From NCBI GenBank assembly GCA_964499705.1, contig CAZCME010000007.1, positions 62,001 through 126,000 on the forward strand: a stretch of DNA of 64,000 bases, given 5' to 3'. The notes under the pieces were generated by a model. The model was not told the DNA's origin. It ran no database searches and saw only the letters and a list, made by a program, of their open reading frames with translations. This document shows, piece after piece, positions 57,016 to 64,000 of this stretch. The stretch's first letter is position 1; each line of letters opens with the position of its first letter. Source of the stretch: an uncultured bacterium (lineage in GTDB: Bacteria; UBA8481). The position numbers were made by a program, and so were the translations under genes.

Positions 57016-57076
57016 GGGGGGAAATGATACCGCAGGCGCGAGATGACAGCGAGAAGGAATCGCGGGCGCGTAGATC

Positions 57077-58576
57077 TCATACCGCCATCGCTGCCAGCAA
57101 TTCGCCGATGGAAACGCTCACGATGACGGAGACCCTGTCGCTCATCGCATACGGGAGAATCAGCTCGCGGCCGTGCTTCAGGGATCCGCAGCTGTAAACG
57201 ACGTTCGGAACGTATCCCTCGCGCCCCATTCCCTCGGGCAGGATCAACGGCTCGCGCAGGCGGCCGATCACCTTCGCGGGATCCGCGAGATCGAGAAGGA
57301 CGGCGCCGAGGCAGTACTTTCTCATGGGGCCGACGCCGTGCGTCAGGACGATCCATCCCGCCTCCGTCTCGATGGGCGAACCGCAGTTGCCGATCTTCAC
57401 CGATTCCCAGATCTCGGCGGGCCGGAGAAGCAGTTGCGGATCGTTCCAATAGTGGGGATTGTCGGAGAACATGATGAAGAGGTTTTCGTCATCCTGTCGC
57501 GAAAGCATCGCATAGCGATCGTCGATGCGGCGGGGGAAGAGCGCCATGCCCTTGTTCTGCACCGCGTTGCCGTTCAGCGTGAGGATGCGGAAGTGGAGGA
57601 AGTCCTGGGTTTCGATCAGCTGCGGCAGGATGACGCGGCCGTTGTACGCGGTGTAGGTGGCATAGTACATGACTCCCCCCGCGGGCTGGCCGGTTGCCGA
57701 TTCGCCGCCGGCCTGCTCCGTGAAGCGAACGAACCGCGCGTCCTCGATGCCGTTGGATTCGTTCGGCGAAACAGGGAAAATCGCCCGCTCGCTAAGGCTC
57801 AGAGCCGGGTCGAAATGAAGCTCGTAATTCGAAACGGCGAGCCAGTGGATGCATTCGAGCGTGTGCTTCAGGTCTCGCGGTTCCGGCCGGTGAAGATGGC
57901 GCACATTCCGGACGCGATTATCCAGCTCGCGCAGCGTGAAGTTCTCCGCGAGCGGTTTCATCACCTCGCCGGCATACCCCGGCTCCGTCGCATTGCAGTC
58001 GAAGCCCATCTCGCTCAGCTTGATGATGAAGAGCTTCTTCCGATACGTCGGGTTGGGCTCGACTTCCGCCAGCGAAACGTGGCGAGAGACGGGATCAAGG
58101 GTGATGGCGCCATCTTTGGCGATCAACCCGGAGCGGAATTCGATCGAGGAGATATGGCCTTCTCCGGTTGCCCTGAGGCTCATGATGAACCGGAGGCAGC
58201 CTTCCGCCACGCCGGTCTGGTCAGGGTGCGGAACGATGGATGGATTGAAGAGCGCGGCGGATTCGAGGGCGTACTCGCCGGAGAAGAGCGCGCCGATGAG
58301 AAGCTGCCTGGTGCGCGAAAGCGGCCGCTGCGTGAAGATCTTCGGCTGGATGACCCGGAAATGATCCATGAGCCGCGCCTCCAGATTCCCGTGTCGCGAA
58401 GCGAAGTCGGCAAGGATGATGTCCAGTTCGCGGCCGGCTTCCTCTTCGGAGAGCGAGAGAATCCGCCCGATCATATTGGAGACCTGGTGAGAGTTGGACG
58501 GAATGAACGGCCGGATGATGACGCGGGAGATATCCGGCTGGAGCATCACATCGTGGCGGCGCAATTGCAGTGTCAT
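57077..58576 (-). CDS. Glycoside hydrolase family 130-like protein
   Basis: EYALESAALFNPS, LRATGEGHISS, GIEDARFV, NKGMALFP, GNCGSP, GYVPNVVYSCG. Confidence 0.88.
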   Translation of the reverse strand: MTLQLRRHDVMLQPDISRVIIRPFIPSNSHQVSNMIGRILSLSEEEAGRELDIILADFASRHGNLEARLMDHFRVIQPKIFTQRPLSRTRQLLIGALFSGEYALESAALFNPSIVPHPDQTGVAEGCLRFIMSLRATGEGHISSIEFRSGLIAKDGAITLDPVSRHVSLAEVEPNPTYRKKLFIIKLSEMGFDCNATEPGYAGEVMKPLAENFTLRELDNRVRNVRHLHRPEPRDLKHTLECIHWLAVSNYELHFDPALSLSERAIFPVSPNESNGIEDARFVRFTEQAGGESATGQPAGGVMYYATYTAYNGRVILPQLIETQDFLHFRILTLNGNAVQNKGMALFPRRIDDRYAMLSRQDDENLFIMFSDNPHYWNDPQLLLRPAEIWESVKIGNCGSPIETEAGWIVLTHGVGPMRKYCLGAVLLDLADPAKVIGRLREPLILPEGMGREGYVPNVVYSCGSLKHGRELILPYAMSDRVSVIVSVSIGELLAAMAV

Positions 58577-60999
58577 GAAACCGCGGCCGGCGATGCGGTG
58601 AAAATGCGATGCGGTTCCGGGACCAGGTGTTCCGCATAATTCATCTCCGCCAGAGCCAGGTGGAAGGCCAGGGTCGACTCCGCGCCCTGGTTCTCGTTCG
58701 CGCGGTCGGCGTGCAGACCGTCTCCGCAGCCGCCGGTCGATGGATCATAGAGCGTCAATCCGAGGTCGTTGCGGCCGAGGAACCACTCGAACGCCCGCCT
58801 GGCATGCCGCGACCATGAGGCATCCTGTGTCGCGCGGAAAGCTTCGAGGCAGGCGGAGATCATCGCCTGGGCTTCGACGGGCTGCTGGTCGAAATCCGCC
58901 CGAGCGCCGTCCCGCTGATAGAAGCCGTTGGAACCGATGGGGCGGAAGTGGCCTTCCTGTGTCTTCTGAAGCGACACGAGCCACCGGAGCGACCGGAGAC
59001 CTATCTCCTGCGCGTCCCTGTCCGGCATCCACTGGCCGCACAGGATGAGCGCCTGGGAAAGTCGCGCGTTGTCATACGTGACGACCGGTTCGAACCACGG
59101 CCAGTCTTCCGTCGCGCAGTTCCTCCAGAGAGCGACAAGTTTTCCGGAAAGCGATTCACGAATGGAATTCAACGATGCGTTGGAAGAATACCTTCGAAGA
59201 TATTCGTGGATGCCGAGGAGCGTGAAGGCCCATGCGCGGGGCGACGAGAAAGTTTCCACGAGCCGCAGCCCGCGCTCGAAGAGTTGCGCGGACAATTTCC
59301 GATGGCCGTCGTCGCGGGATCTCCCGGCGCCGACGCCGGCGGCCCAGAGCGCCCTCGCATGACTGTCCTCGCTGCCGCTCACGACCGTGCCCGAATCCTC
59401 CAGCCATTTCCGGCCATGACTCATGAAGTTGCAGGAACGTCCCCGGCCGTGATTCATGGCCGCCGAAAGAAAGGCGAGGTAGATGGTGGATAGCTTCGCG
59501 AGATTTCCGCGCGCGCTGGATTCGACCGCGGGCTGGCTGCCGACTTCATCCAGGAGATTGCAGAGAATGAAGGCGCGCGCGTTATCATCCGTGCAATAGC
59601 CTTCGTGATAATTCGGCACGTTGAAGATCGCGTGCTGGAAAATCCCGGTGTCGTCGGTCATCCGGAGGATATGATCCAGCCGCAGCGGAGGCAGCTCGTA
59701 GTTTCGACTCGCGAGAGTCCATCCGGCAAAGGCGCGACGGGGAGCATCACGTCGATCGGCGCGCGCCTGCTGGAAGGAGGCGAGATACCGTTTCGCAACG
59801 GCGGGCCAGATCATCTCCCGGCCCATCTCATAAGCGATTCTCCGCGTCTCCTTCATCCGTTCAGGATCGTCGAGAAAACGACAGACACCCTCGGCGATGG
59901 CCGTCGGATCGCGAAAGGGAACCAGCACGCCCCGATCGTCCGCCAGCAGTTCCTGCGCGTGCCAGTAGGGAGTGGAAACGACGGCCTTGCCGGCGCCGAA
60001 TACATAGGCGAGCGTGCCCGACGTGATCTGGGCCTCGTTCAGGTAGGGCGTGATATAGATGTCCGTCACGCCGATGAATTCCTTCAGGTCATCGAGCGAG
60101 ACGAAGCGATTGTGAAAGATGACATGCTCCTTCACCCCGCGATCCTCGGCCAGCCGTTCGAGCCCGAGCCGATAGCTTTCTCCGTCGCGCGCGAGAAGAT
60201 GCGGATGCGTGGCCCCGAGCACCAGGTAGACCACATCCGGATGACGCCTTGCGATCTCCGGCAGGGCTTCGATCACATGCTCGATGCCCTTGCCGGGCCC
60301 GAGGAGGCCGAAGGTCAGGAGCACGGTTCGGCCTTCGACGCCGAACTGGGCCTTGTAGAAACTGGTGTCGACGAAAGGAATATCCGGGATTCCATGGGGA
60401 ATGATATCAATCTTGGTTTCGGATACCTGGTAGATCTCCCGCAGCATCCGCGCGCCCTTGGCGGCCATCACGACAACCCGATCGCTGCGTTGCACAAGCT
60501 CCATCATCACGCGGCGTTGCATGGGATCCGGGTCCTTGAGGACCGTGTGCAGCGTCGTCACCACGGGCATCCTGACTTCCTTGAGGAGAGCCAGCACGTG
60601 GCTTCCCGCGGCTCCGCCGAAGATGCCGAATTCATGCTGAAGGCAGAGCACGTCCACGTTGTTGAAGTTCAGGAGGTCCGCCGCCCGGCGATAGGAATCC
60701 AGATCCTTTTCCAGGATTTCAAAGCGCACCCTCGGCGGATACGCATATCCTTCCGTGCGGTCGTTCACCGCGCCGGAAAAACAGAGCGACGCGGGAGCCG
60801 CTTCCGCGACCGCTTCACAGATGTCATGTGTGAAAGTGGCGATGCCACAACGCCGAGGGACGAATCCGCCGAGAAACGCGATGCTTTCGGGAGCCTTGGG
60901 TTCCGGGGACGTGAACAGGGCGGGAGAAGTCCCGGGTTCCGGACGATTTTGAATGATCACTACTGCGCATAGTCTGCGCTTCGCGGACGCGAAAAGCAA
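58573..60999 (-). CDS. GT4 glycosyltransferase with C-terminal (alpha/alpha)6-like domain; start uncertain
   Basis: PRRCGIATFT, QHEFGIFGG, TFGLL.PGKGIE, SGTLAY; C-terminal GYCTDDNARA, YDNARL, DQQP.E, NQGAESTL. Confidence 0.88.
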   Translation of the reverse strand: MLFASAKRRLCAVVIIQNRPEPGTSPALFTSPEPKAPESIAFLGGFVPRRCGIATFTHDICEAVAEAAPASLCFSGAVNDRTEGYAYPPRVRFEILEKDLDSYRRAADLLNFNNVDVLCLQHEFGIFGGAAGSHVLALLKEVRMPVVTTLHTVLKDPDPMQRRVMMELVQRSDRVVVMAAKGARMLREIYQVSETKIDIIPHGIPDIPFVDTSFYKAQFGVEGRTVLLTFGLLGPGKGIEHVIEALPEIARRHPDVVYLVLGATHPHLLARDGESYRLGLERLAEDRGVKEHVIFHNRFVSLDDLKEFIGVTDIYITPYLNEAQITSGTLAYVFGAGKAVVSTPYWHAQELLADDRGVLVPFRDPTAIAEGVCRFLDDPERMKETRRIAYEMGREMIWPAVAKRYLASFQQARADRRDAPRRAFAGWTLASRNYELPPLRLDHILRMTDDTGIFQHAIFNVPNYHEGYCTDDNARAFILCNLLDEVGSQPAVESSARGNLAKLSTIYLAFLSAAMNHGRGRSCNFMSHGRKWLEDSGTVVSGSEDSHARALWAAGVGAGRSRDDGHRKLSAQLFERGLRLVETFSSPRAWAFTLLGIHEYLRRYSSNASLNSIRESLSGKLVALWRNCATEDWPWFEPVVTYDNARLSQALILCGQWMPDRDAQEIGLRSLRWLVSLQKTQEGHFRPIGSNGFYQRDGARADFDQQPVEAQAMISACLEAFRATQDASWSRHARRAFEWFLGRNDLGLTLYDPSTGGCGDGLHADRANENQGAESTLAFHLALAEMNYAEHLVPEPHRIFTASPAAVS

Positions 61000-61005
61000 G
61001 GAGTA

Positions 61006-63198
61006 TCAGCCCGCGGACATGGTCGGAATATGCGCGCCTTCGGAGCGTCGAAGCCTGATGACAGCCGACGCGAGCGCGGGAAGCACCAGGAGCGTTCCGC
61101 TGATCGCGACGACTGTGCCGAAGATGACGGCGAGACCGAACCGGTGCGTCGGCGGAAAATTTGAGAGGAGAAAAATGGAAAATCCCGCGCAGACGATCGC
61201 GGCCGTCGCGGCGGCGGGCTTCCAGAGCCGGTCGACTGACAGCGCCCAGCTGTCACGTGATGAAAGGCCTTTGCGGCGGAGTCGACGCGCGGACGCTGTC
61301 AGGTGAATCATGTCGCCGATGCCGATGGATGTCGCGAGATTGACCGCGGGCGCGGATACGATGTCGACCGGAATTCCGGAAAGTCCGATGATTCCGAGGA
61401 CGATGGCCGGAACGATGCAAAGCGTCGCGCCAAGCGCGAGCGTCCATCGGACGGAGCGTGCCACGAACGCCGAGACAATGAGGAATAGCGCGAGGAGCTG
61501 GCCCATGCCGCTCAGGAGCCCGCCCTGGATGAGATGCGACAGCTGGCCCTGGAGAAAATACATGCCGCCCGAGAGTTCAGGCCGGAAGCCGGCCTTGCGG
61601 ATTCGCGCGTGGATCTCCTCAACCTCCGCCAGCCGGTGATCGCGCGGAACATTCTCCTTCATCCTCAGGTACATCAGCGCGCGCGTGCGGTCCTGGGTCA
61701 CGAATGACGTGGTGACGCGGTCATACATCGGCTTCTCCATCTGCTCCAGGAGAAACCGGAAATTCAGAAGCCACGCGAACGGCACCCGCTTGGCCTCGGC
61801 CATGATGAGCGGCAGCGAGAGAACATTGCCGACCGTAGGATGATCCTCCACGCTCCTCTGCAGCGACCAAAGGCTCGGATATGCCTCCTTCCGATCGAGC
61901 CTCATTCCGCTGGAATGGCGCACCACGATATAGAGCGGGCTGGATCCGCCATTGGAATCGATGTATTCGAGCCCGCGCCGCATCTCGCTGTTCTCCGCAA
62001 AATACGTGAAGAGCCCGGGATCGGTGTTGACGCGGTTCATGCCGGGAGAGGCAAGGAGAGCGATTCCGATGAGTCCCGCCCCGAGGATCATATGCGGCTT
62101 CGCCAGCCAGCCTCCGACTCGATCGACGAATACCGGTTCCGCCGAGTTCTTCTTCACCGACACCACGACCGGCGCGATCCTTCCCCTGTGAAGAAAAGAT
62201 GGAAAGACAAGATACGCGCTTAAAAGGGCCATTACGGCCCCTACCGCCCCGGACCCACCGAGCTCCTTCAGCGGCCTGGCGTCGAGCAGGAGGAGGCTGA
62301 GGAAACCGGCCATCGTCGTCATCATCTCCCAGGAGGACGCGGCCCAGTTCACGCCGATCGATTCGCGTATCGCATCGCGGCGCGGCGTGCCCGGCGGGGA
62401 GAGTCCGAGATCGTGCGCGATATAGACGGTATGCTGGAGCGTCATGATGAAGACGAGGGTGATGAGATTGGCGGAGAGAATGCCGATCCTGATCCCGCCC
62501 AGGTGCAGGATCCCGAGCGTCGCGGCGCAGGCGAAAAAGCACGCCGTGATCGTGCCCGCGAGTACGGGAACCGAGCGAAACATGACGAAAATCATGATGC
62601 CGAAGATGACGACCGCCGCGGAGCTGAAGACGATGAGGTCCTCCTTCAGATTCCTGCGGATGAGCTCCACGAGATAAGGCACGCCGGAGATCGCGACCTG
62701 AAAGGATTCGTCCTGATGTTTCGCCGCGACGCTCTCGATCGCGGAGATGACGCGCGTTCTCGTATCATGCCCGTCCATCACCCAGCCGGAGAGGAACATG
62801 ATGACGAGCGTGGAGCGCTTGTCCTCGCCCACAAGGCATCGGCTCCAGAACGGCCCGGCGAAACCCTCGGAGACGCTCGCCGGACCGGACGTCATGCTGT
62901 AGACCTTATCCGCGCCCTCCACGCGATCGAGGTCCCGCGTCAGGCTCCCGATCTTCCGGTAGTACGCGCTCGAATGAATATCGCCAGCCGCGCTGACGAT
63001 CACCTGCGGCCTCTGGGGAAAGATCTTCACAATCTTCCGATCGCTTTTCAGGGCCGGATCTTCCCTGTCGAAGAAGAAATTTTCGTCGACGGCGGGAACG
63101 AGCTCCACGAATGCCACGACGCAGACCACCATCGCGATCGTTACCGCGATAAAGGGTCCCCTGAGTAAGGGGTGCCCTGCGATGATATTCGAGAACAT
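61006..63198 (-). CDS. MMPL/RND-superfamily membrane transporter
   Basis: Two repeats of TM + large loop + 5 TM; TTMAGFLSL and CAGFSIF..SNFPP..RFG. Confidence 0.82.
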   Translation of the reverse strand: MFSNIIAGHPLLRGPFIAVTIAMVVCVVAFVELVPAVDENFFFDREDPALKSDRKIVKIFPQRPQVIVSAAGDIHSSAYYRKIGSLTRDLDRVEGADKVYSMTSGPASVSEGFAGPFWSRCLVGEDKRSTLVIMFLSGWVMDGHDTRTRVISAIESVAAKHQDESFQVAISGVPYLVELIRRNLKEDLIVFSSAAVVIFGIMIFVMFRSVPVLAGTITACFFACAATLGILHLGGIRIGILSANLITLVFIMTLQHTVYIAHDLGLSPPGTPRRDAIRESIGVNWAASSWEMMTTMAGFLSLLLLDARPLKELGGSGAVGAVMALLSAYLVFPSFLHRGRIAPVVVSVKKNSAEPVFVDRVGGWLAKPHMILGAGLIGIALLASPGMNRVNTDPGLFTYFAENSEMRRGLEYIDSNGGSSPLYIVVRHSSGMRLDRKEAYPSLWSLQRSVEDHPTVGNVLSLPLIMAEAKRVPFAWLLNFRFLLEQMEKPMYDRVTTSFVTQDRTRALMYLRMKENVPRDHRLAEVEEIHARIRKAGFRPELSGGMYFLQGQLSHLIQGGLLSGMGQLLALFLIVSAFVARSVRWTLALGATLCIVPAIVLGIIGLSGIPVDIVSAPAVNLATSIGIGDMIHLTASARRLRRKGLSSRDSWALSVDRLWKPAAATAAIVCAGFSIFLLSNFPPTHRFGLAVIFGTVVAISGTLLVLPALASAVIRLRRSEGAHIPTMSAG

Positions 63199-63361
63199 GC
63201 GCTCGCCTCTGATGAAGAGAGGAGCAAGAAGCAGGCCGTGAGGAGAAGCGGGTCGCGGCGCGAAGATTCAAGAGCGCACAGGATTGATTCAGGGGGAACG
63301 GATTCGGTTCGCCTGATTCCGAAGCGGCACTTCAGCCTGAGGACGTCACGCAGGATTGTTC

Positions 63362-63427
63362 ATCAGCCATTGTTCGTTCGCCATTCTTCATTATTTAATC
63401 ATGATGGGCGAACGAACGATGGCTGAT
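63362..63427. repeat. 21-bp inverted repeat (1 mismatch) with 24-bp AT-rich spacer downstream of pckA
   Basis: atcagccattgttcgttcgcc and ggcgaacgaacgatggctgat. Confidence 0.75.
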
Positions 63428-63435
63428 CAGCCATC

Positions 63436-64000
63436 TCAGTGATTCGTCATGTCCTTGAGATTCTTCGCGAACATCTCCGCAAGTTCCCGCGCCTTCGCAT
63501 CGTACGCGACCGGATCGGGCCAGGAGGCGCGCGGGTTCAGCAATTCCGATGGAACGCCCGGGCAGGATTGCGGAACGCGCAGGCCGAAGATCGGGTCCTG
63601 GCTCGTCGCGACGGATGCGAGCCGGCCGGAGAGCGCCGCACTGATGATCGCGCGCGTGTGGTTCAGGTTGATTCTCTTGCCGACTCCGTAAGGGCCGCCC
63701 TGCCAGCCGGTATTGATGAGCCACACTCGGGAATGGTGGCGCGCGATTTTGTCGCCGAGAAGCTTCGCGTACACCGCGGGACGATGAACGAGAAAAGGCC
63801 CGCCGAAACAGGGACTGAAAACGGCCTTCGGCTCCGTCACTCCCGATTCGGTGCCCGCGACGCGCGCCGTATAGCCGGAGAGAAAATGATCCTGGGCCTG
63901 TTCCGGAGAGAGCGCGGCGATGGGCGGGAGGACGCCGAACGCGTCGCACGTCAGCATCACGATGTGCTCGGGGTGCCGGGCGCAGCCCGTCACGGAGGAA
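63436..64000 (-). CDS. pckA: Phosphoenolpyruvate carboxykinase (ATP), 3' part
   Basis: [44 protein letters not shown]. Confidence 0.95.
   Translation of the reverse strand, partial: SSVTGCARHPEHIVMLTCDAFGVLPPIAALSPEQAQDHFLSGYTARVAGTESGVTEPKAVFSPCFGGPFLVHRPAVYAKLLGDKIARHHSRVWLINTGWQGGPYGVGKRINLNHTRAIISAALSGRLASVATSQDPIFGLRVPQSCPGVPSELLNPRASWPDPVAYDAKARELAEMFAKNLKDMTNH

Overview
High-GC chromosomal window from a diderm bacterium. It is mostly housekeeping and carbohydrate genes: partial neuB-family synthase, radC, a 2-hydroxyacid dehydrogenase, family-5 UDG, an insertion-rich glpX, a lipid A cluster (gnnA-like, lpxB, msbA, lpxK, late acyltransferase), rdgB, smpB-rnr, treS/maltokinase, GH31, GH43, korAB, cstA, lnt, a GT4+GH130 pair, an MMPL transporter and partial pckA. 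RNA genes are tRNA-Leu(CAG), tRNA-Thr(CGT), tRNA-Ile2-like(CAT) and tmRNA; none encodes CCA. I saw no CRISPR array, integrase or transposase. The most unusual items are: (1) an 824-aa fusion of a PhnD-like binding domain to a patatin lipase split by about four TM helices; (2) an ~0.85-kb integrase-less cassette (zeta-like ATPase plus a small partner) bracketed by a 54-bp duplication of the 5' part of the tRNA(CAT) gene; (3) three GGGG(A/T)CA-ended inverted-repeat elements that each abut or supply a start codon; (4) a GH43 gene whose conserved N-terminus has no canonical start codon; (5) two copies of a ~160-bp intergenic element and several 7-nt-period tracts. All calls come from manual motif recognition; no searches were run.
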